A DNA stretch of 64,000 bases from Octopus vulgaris (lineage: Eukaryota). The notes below the pieces were generated by a model that saw nothing but the letters and a program-made list of their open reading frames with translations, searched no databases and was not told the DNA's origin. How positions within the stretch are numbered: position 1 is the stretch's first letter; each line of letters starts with the position of its first letter. Positions 42,886 through 56,610 of this stretch are shown here, in pieces. The stretch covers positions 67,022,001 to 67,086,000 of the forward strand of contig OX597823.1 in assembly GCA_951406725.2 (NCBI GenBank). The letters are read 5' to 3'. The translations under genes were made by a program, and so were the position numbers.

Positions 42886-43465
42886 CAGTAGTGGTGGTGG
42901 TGGAGATGCTGGTGTACTATGGTAATGATGCTGCGGTGGTTTGTAAGTATCCATAGTATTAATAGTAGTGGTGGTTCTTATTGGTGGTGATGATGGTGGT
43001 GGTGGTGGTGACGGTGTTAGTGATGGTGGTAGTGGTGTTGGTGATGCTGGTAGTGGTGGTGGTGATGCTGGTGTACTTTGATAATGATAGTGGTTGCGGT
43101 TAGGTGGTAGTAGCAAGAGAAGGACGGGGACGAGGAGGAAGAGAAGAGGGGAACTGTAGCAGTAGTAGTAGTAGTAGTGCTGGTGGTTCTGGTGGTGGTG
43201 GAGATGCTGGTGTACTATGGTAATGATGCTGCGGTGGTTTGTAAGTATCCATTGTATTAATAGTAGTGGTGATGTTATTGATGGTGGCGGCGTTAGTGAT
43301 GGTGGTAATGGTGGTGGTGATGCTGGTGTACTTTGATAATGATAGTGGTTGTGGTTAGGTAGTAGTAGCAAGAGAAGGACGGGGACGAGGAGGAAGAGAA
43401 GGGGGGAGCTGTAGTAGTAGTAGTAGTAGTAGTAGTAGGGGGAGGAGGAGGAAGAAGAAGAAGTG
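42085..43465. repeat. Mixed trinucleotide low-complexity region with an internal 250-300-bp tandem duplication
   Basis: (GAG/GAA/GAT/GGT/TAG)n tracts. The unit GGAGATGCTGGTGTACTATGG...AGCAAGAGAAGGACGGGGACGAGG starts at about 42900 and 43200. Confidence 0.85.
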
Positions 43466-43557
43466 GAAGTGGGTAAACAATAGCAGTAGTTATTAGTAAT
43501 ATTTTTAGACCCCGGTCGAAATTATGTCCAAAGATAAATACTCTGAAGGAATATAAT

Positions 43558-43756
43558 CGTTTCTAATTTAGGCACAAGGGGGGATGCAGTCGATTATATT
43601 GACCCCAGTGCGTAACTGGCACTTAATTTATCGACCCCGAAAAGATGAAAGGCAAAGTCGACCTCGGCGAAATTTGAACTCAGAACGTAGCGGCAGACGA
43701 AATACCGCTAAGCATTTCGCCCAATGTGCTAACGTTTCAGCCAGCTCGCCGCCTTA
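43558..43756 (-). mobile_element. SINE family A copy with probable TSD
   Basis: Well-preserved reverse complement; GAAGGA(A/G)TATAAT on both sides. Confidence 0.9.
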
Positions 43757-44806
43757 AAGAAGGAGTATAATAGATAAACTAATATAGTTGTTCCATTCGT
43801 AAAATAGCTATAACATGACAGATTTAGTGGTGGTGGGGGGATTTACGTGCAAGTTTTAACACTTACAGAGAAGGCACAGATGTGCTAACTTTGGCTCGAA
43901 TCGTAATAGTAGTAGTAGTTCTACTTGTTGTTATTGATAGGGTTGCTTTTAAGGAGAGTAATGGTGGTTGTGGTGGTGCTAGTTTTCAAAAGAATTCGAT
44001 TCGTTTCTTATGTCATTTCTCACCTGAGACATGACTTTAACATTCTCATTATTGCTATTTCTTTTTAAAGAAAACTACTCCACATTATATTAATTCTATG
44101 GCTGTAACCCAGAGTTTTTCTTTTCGCGTAACAACTAGTCCTTTCTCAGCTTGTTATCATCAATGCACATAATATGTTTATATTCACGCAGAGTCGTCTT
44201 TCACGCATTACAATAGACACCGCATGCATATGTGATTTCTTGAAATGTGAGAAATATCAGTCAAATTGTTCTGAAATCATTCCATACTGTCACTACAAAA
44301 AGAACATCTTATGTAGTATAATTTAGTTTCAGATTTACTTTGTCTGAAATAAAGGGATGATCTCGGTTAGAATGACATTAATCATAGGTCTTTTCGACCA
44401 TAGCTGACATGAACATGAACAAAATCGTCAGCATTCTTACAATTTAGCTGCAGTAAATATTACTTTAAGGCAGAGCTTCTGAAACTTAAAGTATTCATGG
44501 ACATTCATAGATTAGGCGGAATATCATGGGAACATTTAATATACATCGGAATAATATTATTACAGGTATGCTGAAAATAAGCATCAAAATAGAATTTTGT
44601 TAGCATAATTTAGTTATGTATCTTTTCTTCGTATTTCGAAATCTACAGATCGATGACTATCATAACTAAGAAAGTAAATCTTATAACCTTAGATGAGTTT
44701 TCGTCAGATGTTAATGAATCTTAACATTTAGAACTATGGATGGAACTTGTAACCGTAAATCAGCTACTATATTCAGCCTTTACTAACATTCGTTCATTAT
44801 TATTGC

Positions 44807-44840
<34 letters not shown>

Positions 44841-46990
44841 GAATACAGAAAAAGCGTCTTTTGTATGAAGATGAAGTGGAAAATCGCATTAACACGTTTA
44901 AAGATTCTGTACTTCTGGAATGTAATTCCATTAATGTTACAATCGAAAATGTTATGAGCTCCACTTGCTGAAATTGTTATTTGGGGGTAAATTTTGTTGC
45001 AATTTGTCTATTTTCTGATCCTATCATTCTATGAACGATTATTTGAGCTGAATAAGTCTACAAATGTCTACAAATGGGATTTCCCCTCGCAAATTGATTA
45101 CCAAATTTAATACTATTTTCCCCCGAAGTTTAAATCTCCATATAGTATAAGTTTTATAAGTCTTTGTCGAAAGGTGAAAATCTAGTAAAATCTGTCAACT
45201 TATCCGTTTGTAGAATTCTCCGATCAATTTAACACTTCTTATTTAACTCACTTTCTCAAAGAAATTTCACATTTTATTAATACACTTATTGACAACTATT
45301 TGAAAGTGATACATTACCAAAGTTTACTACCACGCAAATTCCAAATCTTTTACCATGTGACATTCTGTAATTGTATGTTTTATGTTTTTTTTATTTGCTT
45401 TTTACTAGCCAATAACGAATTTGATATGAAAGCAAGTAAACCTTTATTTTCTTTTTTTGTTGTTGTTGCTGAAATGCTTGTTTCCCATTATGGAAAATAT
45501 AACTTTAAAATTCCGTTTTCTTTCGATTCAATTTCAAGCAATTTATTTTAAGACATTCTTCACTTGAATCTTTTAAATTCAAATTACCTCTAAATGTTCA
45601 ACTGGATTTAAGCTGATATTACCGAAAACCTTTCCATATTCAACACGCAGTCACCTTGGTTCTCTTTTAATACCAACCCAGGTGAATCTGAAAGCAATAA
45701 GACTTTCATCATATTTTGTTTTCTTATGTTTACTTTGTTGTTCTGGTTTGTTTGAAATTGGTTTTTGAAGATGAATGTTCTCTAACCTTAATCTAAGTTA
45801 CATCTATTTCGATCACGTTGCATGGGTTTTTGATTTATTGATTTTTTTAACGATTCAACCATTGGAGAAGTAAATAGAGTGCAATTTATTGATTATAGGA
45901 ACTTTTATGACCTCAGACACTTATCTTCACTGCACATGCATTATAAAAATCATTAAACTATTTAACACAAATATTGTGCAATATTTTTAACAACCACTTC
46001 ACATTTATTGTTGTCTAAACCGAAATTTATCGGAAATTATCGCGTAATCTTAGCTTGAGTTAACAAAATTTTCAAGTTAAGCTGATATATGTCCAGGATT
46101 AATATGCATATATCAAATTTGTATAAATTTGCGTCAAGTTTACATGTGTATGCGTGCGTGTCTTTTGCGTGTTCTAGAAGTATCTAATGTACAACTCCAT
46201 TACTTACTTCCATCACTTCAAATGTGTATCTGCATGTTTTAAAGTGTGTAACAGTAGATTGCATTCTAAATGGGTGTAAAATATTGGATTTGGTTTTGGC
46301 ACCAAGTAGAAAGAGTAAAAGAGAAGAGAATGCTGTTGGGTTGTTTAAGGCCTGCCCCAAGTATGTATATGGCTACGTTTTATGCGTTGAAGTTGAGCAT
46401 GTCAATTTGCTTTAACAGCTGCTAAGATTTATCATTCTTTCAAAATGAATAATTAATTGAAAAAGTGAGGTGAAGAAATCAATAAGTTTACTCTGATATA
46501 AACAGCAATGTATTTACATATGAATATAGACATATATCTGCCTATTCGCATAGTATATAATCAAGTGTATATACAAATGCATATACAACACGAAAGGTTC
46601 AAAGTTCGGTCTAAAACAGAGTAGAATACTAATCAGTTTGTATTCCGTTACAAACTAAGGATAACTGAAAGTGTTATAAAGAATTAATATTTAAATCTTT
46701 CTTTTCCATAACTAAGGTCTCATTACCAAAATTAATATAAAAGTGAGAGTTCATATTTTTCATATTGGTAGAGCAACTCTTCTTCTGCATAAAGGTATTA
46801 CTCAAATTAATCTGTTACATTTACGATTTTTTTAAGGTTGGGATCAGCAATTGGGCAGATGTGATGGAAGCTATGTTGTGTAGTATCTTTGTATAGAAGG
46901 TCTACTCTACGAAATTTGAGTGACCAATGTCAATTCATAAAACATTATGCGCACCCGTGCATTATTTTCGGCCCAAGCTTTGTATTTATG

Positions 46991-47790
46991 TACGAGGAGG
47001 TACCCAGAAGTAACCGGAAACCTTCTCTATAGGAAAAACCCGTTCTAGTTCAGTCTTCCTACGATAGAAGCCACTTGATGTAAATTTGAGGCATCAATCT
47101 GCCGACCGGCGTCGTCTGGTGGTGTCGTACTGCCACGTGATGCGTTTTTATTTTGCAGTGCTTCTCCTCGGTTCGTCGATTTTTGCGATGACTGAAACGA
47201 AGGAACAGTGTGCTGCTGTGAAACTCTGTTTTCTTCTTGGGAAAACGGCTACCGAAACAGTTGTCACGCTTCAGACAACTTACAAGGACGCTGCCATGAA
47301 CAAAACGCAAGTTTACGAGTGGTTACTACGCTTTAGGAACGAATGAAAACATTATGAAAATTCATGAACTGATCTTGGAGGACCGTCAAAGAACAAGTGA
47401 CGAACTTGTTGATATTACTGGTGTGTCCAGGAACTCCTCCCAACGAATTTTGTGCGAGGAATTGCGAATGCAAAGAGTTGCAGCAAAATTTGTACCTCGC
47501 TGGCTCATGGAAGCTCAAAAGCAGTCACGACTGAATCCGTGTCGGGAACTGAGAAAACAGTTGAAAGTTGATCCAGACCTCTTATCGAAAAACATCACTG
47601 GTGACGGAATTGCAGATATGGAAGATGTGGAGAAAAGAACGGTGGCGGTGTTGAAAAACATCACTTAGCCAGAGTTCCAGCACTGCTTCGAACAGTGGAA
47701 AATGCACCTGAACCGATGCATTGCTTCAAATGGAGAATACTTTGAAGGTGATACAAGTTTAAACATGTAAAATTAGGTGAATAAAATATT
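46991..47790 (+). mobile_element. Internally deleted mariner element
   Basis: Left end TA-CGAGG. Fragments MTETKEQCAAVKLCFLLGKTATET...VYEWLLRF, AKFVPRWL...ITGD and CFEQW...RCIASNGEYFEGD. Most of the catalytic domain is missing and no right TIR is visible. Confidence 0.9.
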
Positions 47791-50041
47791 GCGAAATCCA
47801 ATTTGCCTATCTAGTTATATTTGGAAGTGTTTTCAGGATGTTTTGATACGAAATATTACGAATGCACATGACTATAATTTTAGATACAATTCGACTAGAA
47901 TTGCAAAAATTCAAATAGGAAATTGAAAACAATCAATGAAAGAGAGTAATTTAATTATTTATTTTGTGGCAAAGACACATACGCTTTCGTAAATGTATAA
48001 ATAAATTATTGGCCTTTTACCAAATCTTACGTTTTCGCACTTAATTAGAAAATTGTATGACTCTATAACAGATACAGTTCGCCACATTACTGAGATAAGT
48101 ATTATATTGATATTCTTGGTGTTATATTCGTGTTTCGTTTATCTGTTGCACAGAGGGAAAATATCTTATGGGAACTGTGTTATTTGGTTGGATGATATTG
48201 GTGAAGAGTTTATGTTGCGTGAGTGGAGTTATGTCTTTAAGTGTCAGGTGATGATTGTGTCGAATATATGCTTCGTGATGTGTGTTATATTATTGGATGG
48301 AAATTATGTGCAAAATAATTTCAATGAGTTGTCAAATGAGAGAGAGAACCGAACAATGTGTCTATCAGTGTTTAGAATGTCTTTTAACGGTCTACGTCGC
48401 GATCGATCATGTAATTGGTTGTTAAGTACTAAAATAGATTAAGTCCCTTTCTGAATTGTGTAATGCTATTCTAATGTAAGATATCATTAGAATCAGTTGA
48501 ACAATAATCGGAGTACTTTGTGCTGGAGGTTTGAATCACTTTTTTAAGATTCAAATCTCGACTTATTCTACCTTCCATTTTATCATCATGGGGTCGATGC
48601 AACCTGCATCTTTATATACTGGCAATTATTTAATAGACTTTGCTCTTCGGCCAATATTTCTGACATTGTGCTTATGCTAAATCAAATCATTACTACCTTT
48701 ATTATTGAAATGTTCGATCTTAAGTATTCCTATTTCTGATGTGTACTTTAGCGACAGCAATTCATTGGGACTCTGAAAAGGGATTGGCTTTTTAAATTCC
48801 CGTTCTTGTCACGTGTTGTTTCTTCAGTCCCGAGTTAAAATTTAATGAACGTATTTTGCATCAAAACATTCCAGGTATTACCATTAGACACGCAATCATT
48901 GATATTCCTTTAAAATGATGAGATTGCAATTGCAAGATTTAGGGTTCGATCGGGCTGTGCAATATCAGGTGCTAGTGAATATTTACTAAACGGAAATTGT
49001 ACGGAAAACTTTTGGAAGAGACGTTCTGTACTAGTGTAGAAGAATTAATCCGTCACTATCTTTAATCCAAGTTCATCTGGGTCCCTTTAATGAATAACGC
49101 TTTGTTGAAAGCATATGAACTTTCGAAACTTCGATCGCAAAATAAATGCTACAAATTTCTCACTCGCCTTGGTGACTCTGTAAAAGGTCCTGTGCACTAA
49201 AAAGCAGTACAAATGGCGGAATTTTCGCTGTTGTTTCAAGTAAAATGAAAGACCACGGAGAAACTTCTTCTTTCGATTTCAATCACTCTTTCAATTATCT
49301 TACTGGTGTTCTTGCAATCTCTATGAAAACAATTCAAGTATTTCTTTGTTTCTACCCCAGTCCCAAAATTTTCAAACATTTTTTCTTTGGCTTCGATTCC
49401 ACCATTATAAAATATAACATGTTGTATAACTTGCCTTTTTCTATTATCATAATACAGTAACTGCAAGTCGATTTAATTTACAGGCAACTTTTACAATACA
49501 GTTATTTTCACAGTCATTCATTCATCTTGACTCTATACTTCCATCTAAACTACATTTATATATTATTTTCTTTAGCATTTAAGTTTTCCTTTTGTATTCA
49601 TTTGTGCGATCTTGTAACATTTACACGTTATTTTGCTCTAGGATATCAAGACTTCTGTATTTACCATTATGTTGTTTTATAATTAGAAAACGGTTTGGTT
49701 AAATCGTGTCAACTTTCATAGCCAGTATCGTATTATACGTCTCTATTAAGTCGTCTTACAATCAACCAGACTTACGTAAAACTTTTACTATTTTTCTGTC
49801 TCGTATATAAGATATATGGTGGATAACAGGGTCGTGGGATATAAATCTTCGTGGAGCGAATCTCTATTTCATTAAATTTCGGAGGTAACATTAAATTGTC
49901 TTTACAATGTAGCACAGAATTACTATTAACATTCAGTAGCCCCGTCTGTTCGTTTACATATCTGCACACGTACACACATACACCCACATACGTATACCTA
50001 CAATTACGTGTGTGCGAAAGTGTCCGAGTGAGTGTGTCCAC

Positions 50042-50085
<44 letters not shown>

Positions 50086-50345
50086 ATGTATATATATATA
50101 TATATGTATGTATGTATATATATATGCATATATATATATATGCATATATATATATATATATATACATATATATATACATACATACACACACACTCCGTGT
50201 TCTCGTCAGTAAGGGCTTTACAATTAACGTATAATTATGGGACAAATAGACAACACGTGTCTCATCTTTGACCCTGTCAGTGTCACTTCTTTTGTGTATA
50301 AAAGTTCACTAGTTTTATATGAAGTATATAAATATATATATATGT

Positions 50346-50537
50346 AATTAAAATAAGCAACAAGAATATCTCCGGTAATTTGATACGATCGCTTCACGCT
50401 AAATCATTTTATTAAATATTGTAAGTATTACAACAGTTTTAAAATGTTGAGCAATCATCAGGCATTTATAGAGGTTTTCCATTAATACATAATTTTCATA
50501 TTAACTTAAGTAAGTACCCTATTCATTTGAATCTAAA
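50346..50537 (-). mobile_element. Relative of the 13947-14449 element with a degenerate hammerhead core
   Basis: Shares TTTAGATTCAAATGAATA and TTGTTGCTTATTTT ends. Minus strand reads CTGATGA-TTGCT...AGCGT-GAAG-CGATCG-TA (50461-50384). Confidence 0.6.
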
Positions 50538-50547
50538 TTTTGCCGAA

Positions 50548-50607
<60 letters not shown>

Positions 50608-50767
50608 TTTGTATATATATATGCGTGCGTGTACATTTATATATATATATATTGTCAATAATAAAAGGATAAAATTAATTAATTATTAATTAATAATTTC
50701 ACCAAGTAGTGTTCAGTATGTAAAAAGACCGTTTACAGTATATTTAAAATATTACGTTATATAATTC

Positions 50768-50894
50768 GGGTTCAGTAAAAAAAATTACTTTACCACACAC
50801 CGAACATTCAGAAATAACAGGAGGAAATAGCTAAATTCTTTGGCTGTTATTTCTAAAAGTTCGGTATGTGGTAAAGTATTTTTTTTTTTACTGA

Positions 50895-50898
<4 letters not shown>
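50768..50898. repeat. Inverted repeat with ~53-bp arms abutting (TA)n
   Basis: GGGTTCAGTAAAA...CAGAAATAACAG pairs with CTGTTATTTCT...TTTTACTGAACCC. Confidence 0.85.
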
Positions 50899-50972
<74 letters not shown>

Positions 50973-51043
50973 TTAGGGAATAAATCCAAATTTACAGGGA
51001 AAAATTAGATTTAGGATTGAATACAATTTCATAGTAAAATATA

Positions 51044-51252
51044 ATATAATATTAATTAGAGACAAAACCACTATTATGCAAATCAAACAAAGAAAGACTT
51101 AATCCAATACATAAAAATTTTTATATAAATTAAATAAAATTAAGTTATTCACTTAATGGATAACTTAATTTTATTTAATTTATATAAAATTTTTACGTAT
51201 TGGATTAAGTCTTTCTTTGTTTGATTTGCATAATAGTGGTTTTTGTCTCTAA

Positions 51253-51264
<12 letters not shown>
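51044..51264. repeat. Near-perfect ~220-bp palindrome between (TA)n tracts
   Basis: Arms of about 105 bp around a loop near 51154, with few mismatches. A diverged single arm lies at about 38745-38828. Confidence 0.9.
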
Positions 51265-51306
<42 letters not shown>

Positions 51307-51651
51307 ATGCAGTCGTGTATTCACACGCGCGTACGTTTGGGGTTAAGCAAGATGAGTATGTTGTTAGATCAGGACAATGACGCGTTGATTCATATTAGAT
51401 TAAAGATACCTACCCATGGTGTTGACCTATGGGGCGAGAACGTGGAATCATGCGTAAGGAAGCGACCATCTCCACAACAGCGCTCCGTCGCCTAATTATA
51501 TTTTTCAGCCTCTCCCCTTCTGTATATTCTCCAGTGATGCTCTTGACCGCACACATAAACTTCTCATCACTTCTTTTCGTATTTCTTTAGAAGTCAAATT
51601 GCCAAGTGCATTGTGTCTAATATAGCGAGAAGCCATCTCTAAATTTTATTT

Positions 51652-51707
<56 letters not shown>

Positions 51708-52263
51708 CTCTTGCAAGTAATGCATGGTGCATTCATATCAACTTACTGGACAACACGGAAAAAGCTGCAAAATAGCTTAATATTGTTATTGCTCAGTCTT
51801 TGCTATCTTTAGTGATGGCTCTTTCATTTATTTTTTTCTCGGGGAAGTTTTTGAACATCCTCTTATATATTTTCGCCATCTGCAAATTTCATTTTGTTTT
51901 TCTTTTTGAATTCATGTATTGGCATCATCACAAAAGACTCACATTTCCTTCATTACTTTTTCTTTTTCCGCTGGAAAATATTTATGATATATTTATCTCG
52001 GAAGATGATTCCCGCAACCCTTCTTTCTGTATTTTGTTTTTTTGTTTTGTTTTACCCTCTATCATTCAATATTGCGTGATATACCTGTCAACATGAAACG
52101 GTGAGTGCTACTGCTACAAATGATGATGATAATGATGATCATGATGATTATGATGATGAAGATGATGACGACGACAGCATTATGTAATCTGTGAGACAGT
52201 CGTTTTGAATAAAGAGAAATTTCATATACGTCTGTGCGCGGACGCGTATACTAATGTATATAA

Positions 52264-52308
<45 letters not shown>

Positions 52309-52446
52309 CATATATATATATATATGAATGTTATGTATATGTATTCATTATATATATATATATATATATACATATACATGCATACTTATACCTATACAAA
52401 CACACATATATATACTTACATACACAGATACACACACATATATATA

Positions 52447-52517
<71 letters not shown>

Positions 52518-52778
52518 CTCTCTCTATATATATATATATATACATATATACATATATATATATAAACATATATATATATGTATATATAAACATATATATA
52601 TATATATAAACATATATATAAATATATATAAGTAGGTGAATGAATTATCCTGTGTTTCTCGTCAGCATGGAAAATTCGTTTAACCGAAACCTGGGTAGCA
52701 AATTCACGTCAGAAACACGGTTGAAGTGACCTGTCAAGGGTAGAAACTCCGGGTTCATGTGCAGAAATGTGTGTGTTG

Positions 52779-55183
52779 TATATGAACAAATGAAAGAATG
52801 GAGTCACAAACAGAACTTTCACACTAACCCAGCATTGCGGCTCATATGCCCTTCCAGTTCAGACATCGGTACCCTTAGTAAATACATATTAGATAAGTAT
52901 ATCCCTATATTAATTAATAAATTAAAACTTAGCTTATGGTCCAATTCTGTTCAAGTCGTAGATTGGTTCACCTCTATTACTGATAAGGCCAACACTAAAT
53001 TTATCCAATTCGATATATCTAGTTTCTATTCTTCAATCAACCCTATTATACTTAATAAGGCCCTAAGGCACGCACACAATAAGGCAGGCCTCTCCATGGA
53101 GGAAATTAGCATATTGACTGCTAGGAAATCTTTCATCCAGTTCGATAGCAAGTTGTGGGTCCGTACAGACACCCCTAATGCATTTGATGTATTAATGGGA
53201 AGTACAGACAGCGCCCAGATAGCCGATTTAGTCGGAATTTATATTCTTTATGAAATGGCCGACCAATTCCCAGACATCTGTGGAGGTCTTTATCGCGGCG
53301 ATTGTCTGCTTTACCTCCAAAACGTTTCGAACCAAAGAATACAGAAGGTTAAGAACAGATTAGTTAGGTTTTTTAGTAGAATGGGCTTGCGCATAGGTTT
53401 TGACGATGAATTAACTAAAGCCAACTTCTTAGACATTACCCTCAATTTGCAGAATAACTCATACTTCGCTTATCATAAACCTTCCACAAATCTTAAGTAT
53501 ATTAGCATTTTCAGTAATCATGCCAGGCCAATTACCGATAATTTAGTTTAAAACATCTCTCTGAGACTGTCCAAATTATCTGCTAATGTCGACATCTTTA
53601 ACCAAAAGGCAGACTTCTATAACGCCGCCTTGTTAAGAGCCGGTTATAAGGAGAAAGTGTCATACATCGACTCGTAATAGGAATAATGATTTCAATTCTA
53701 ATAGTGCCAGCAACCCTGTACATAAAATATATTCTTTACGGACTAGGGGAGGTAAGCGCCATGCAACCCCAAATTGCCAACCCAGAAACGTTCCCCTTAC
53801 TATCACAAATAACACTAAGAACAATTCAAAGGCCACAAAAAACTGTATCTGGTTCGTAATACCTTTCGGAAAACAAATTAAATCGAACCTTCCCTTACAG
53901 TTCCGTGAAGCCGTTGCTAGGAACTTTCCCAGAAATTCTAGACATCATTCTATTATCAATTCCCACAAGGTCAGAATCGCTTTCTCTAACACTAGGAATC
54001 TTTCACAAATTATATCTTCCCACAATACCAAGCTGCTAAACAAAGATTCTTCACCCGGGAGTTCCAACACTAATCTTGCTAATTCCAACCCATCATACAA
54101 TCATAATAATAGGAATGGTATTAATAGTAACAGCATTAGTAGCAGCGAAAGTGTTAACAATGATAATATTAATAATAGTATTAGTCGTGTTAATAACAAC
54201 GGTAGTGTTGATGGTAACAACAATAACGGTATTATTGTCGGTGGTATTACTGGTTGTAATACCATTAATAATACTAATAATAATAGAAATAGTGTAGTTG
54301 TTAGCGCTAATAATAATGGTAACAACAATCATAACAATAAAAACTTCGTTTCGATCTCGGAGGACAACCCAACAGAATAAAATATTTCGTCTAGTAATTC
54401 TAAGATGAAGAATTCTATTTACCAGGGTAGAATTTCTTCCGATACCGATGTCTTCTTCTATATAGCAGCGTCCACTTCCCAGTTATCCAAGAGAATTTCA
54501 AACCACTATTCAACATTCAGGGATAGTAAGACACGACATAGTACAGGGCTAAGTAAATTAGTTTGGCGTCTTAAAGACAACAATATAATTTTCAAGTTAG
54601 ATTGGTTCATACTGTCTGTATCCTTTCCTTTTGATAAGGGCAGGAGATTTTGTAACATTTGTACCTCTGAACTCTTCCATATTCTTTTCTCTAAGGTTCC
54701 CCTAGTAAACACACTCATAGAAAAATCATACAAATGTAAACACTGGCAGAAACACACTTTCTACTCATATAAATGATAACAATAGTCACTGTGGTTTGAA
54801 CAATTAGCTTTACGTCCACCCCACTTCTACAGAGAAATTCTTTCCTAAGCCTTCGAACATTCTTTCAATCAACGTACCCTTCTTCTCCACTTGTTCCCTA
54901 CCTATTATTACTTTATCCCTTCTCTTCCTACTATCTATTTTTGACGTCAATTCTTCTAACGGTTTTTTTTAAAAAACACTCATTATCGCTTTGTTTACCA
55001 TGTAGGCAATCATCGAAATTTTTGTTTGTCTTGTTGTCGAGAGAGGCTCCCTTTCTTTCCTGATGAGAGGATTGCATAATGCACCCTTTATTCCTTTGGA
55101 ATGAAAACATGCTGTCTTCGAAACATGTGTCGAGAGTAAAGGAATTTTGTTAACATCTTCGTTCGACTCCATTCTTTCATTTA

Positions 55184-55190
<7 letters not shown>
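52779..55190 (+). mobile_element. Penelope-like element (Naiad-type RT plus C-terminal GIY-YIG), 5'-truncated and disrupted
   Basis: RT motifs HKQNF..NP..RLICP, FDISSFYSSI, MGSTDSAQIADLVG, LYRGDCL, NFLDITL and YHKP. Linker IWF...IISSHN. Nuclease SIYQG...YIA...KRISNH...STGLSK...CNICTSE...CKH. Stops at 53549 and 54378; frameshift near 53670. Confidence 0.9.
55050..55142 (+). ncRNA. Type I hammerhead ribozyme in the PLE 3' terminal repeat
   Basis: Stem I CCTTTCTTTC/GAGAG(T)AAAGG; core CTGATGA (55060-55066); stem II GAGGA/TCTTC extended by TTGCAT/ATGCTG; GAAA; short stem III ACATGTGT; cleavage triplet GTC. Confidence 0.85.
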
Positions 55191-55234
<44 letters not shown>

Positions 55235-55256
55235 ATATATATATATATATACATAT

Positions 55257-55298
<42 letters not shown>

Positions 55299-56018
55299 CC
55301 ATATACATATGTACACATATACGTATTCATAAATATGTGCAGACATATAGATTTAAACTTATACATATATATATATATTATTCATAACTCCAAATACACG
55401 CAGATACATAGATGGATATATTTATATGGAATTTTAAAAACCATTGATTTACATATGTTCCACCCAGGCAACATCGCAGTATATTTCTTGCTTTCGTATA
55501 TTATCAAAAGATAACACTTTTCGAATATCCAAAACATGTTCCGAATCATTTATTAGACAACACTGGAAAACAACTAAAACTGAAGAATTCTAATTTATAG
55601 TATGGTAACATATATTAAAACAGAATCTATTTCATTCACATTACAACCTGGATTTAATTTATTTTCAGCTGCTCAATAATTTAAATCTGGTTACAGCTGA
55701 TTTTAGACTTTAAAAAATTACTAGATTGTGATATGAATACGTAAATACACAAACACACACAAACACATTCACACATGCAATTAAGCACAGTCACACGCGC
55801 TTATCTATAATATTGTGGTTTATATATATATATATATATATATATACTTAGCATACTTGTCTAATATACTTATACATGTATTTGCGTGTGCCTCTCTGTG
55901 TGAGTATACATATGTATGTCTATGGATATATACATATATATATATGTATATATGAATATATATCACTATATGATTATATATGTGTACATATGTTTATATA
56001 TAAATATATGCACATATG

Positions 56019-56050
<32 letters not shown>

Positions 56051-56108
56051 TATATATATATATACATATAAACATAAATATATATACATATATATACATA
56101 TACATATA

Positions 56109-56148
<40 letters not shown>

Positions 56149-56188
56149 CACATATATGTATATATATATATATATTTACATATATATA

Positions 56189-56609
56189 TTTAGAAAGTTC
56201 ATAAGGTGAAGTTATAAATATAAATACATACATACAAACACACTTTCACATATACATAAATATACATGAATTGATATCTATACATTTATATGTATACAAA
56301 GAGATCAATTATTATTATTATTATTTAGTGTATTATGTATTATATTATTCCTATTAGATAATGTATAAACAGGGGAAAGAAACATTTTCTTTCCTCTCTT
56401 TATACTTTATCTAACAGGAATAATACAATACGCCTAATAATAATAATTGATTTCTTTGTTTTCATATACATATATATATAAGTATGCATATACTTATACA
56501 CATAAATATATTTATGCATATTTATGCATAATTGTATTTATGTATATTTATGTACATGTATGTATATGTAAAAAGTGTGTATATAACTTAACATTATGAA
56601 CTTTCTAAA
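56189..56609. repeat. ~420-bp imperfect palindrome in TA-rich sequence
   Basis: Outer arms TTTAGAAAGTTCATAA/TTATGAACTTTCTAAA; inner arms ATTATTCCTATTAGATAA...GGAAAGAAA/TTTCTTTCC...TTATCTAACAGGAATAAT; centre near 56384. Confidence 0.85.
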
Positions 56610-56610
56610 C

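Noticed and set aside
41970-43371. Pro/Ser/Leu-rich ORFs of 169 and 225 aa
   Set aside because: Low-complexity trinucleotide arrays with a tandem duplication; no domain or splice support.
52635-52760. Minus-strand CTGACGAG motifs here and at about 50202
   Set aside because: Could not build stem II, GAAA and stem III around them.
54076-54332. Hydrophobic ORFs resembling membrane proteins
   Set aside because: Alternative frames of the Asn-rich PLE linker.
53549-54380. Selenocysteine recoding in the PLE ORF
   Set aside because: The in-frame stops I found are TAA, not TGA.
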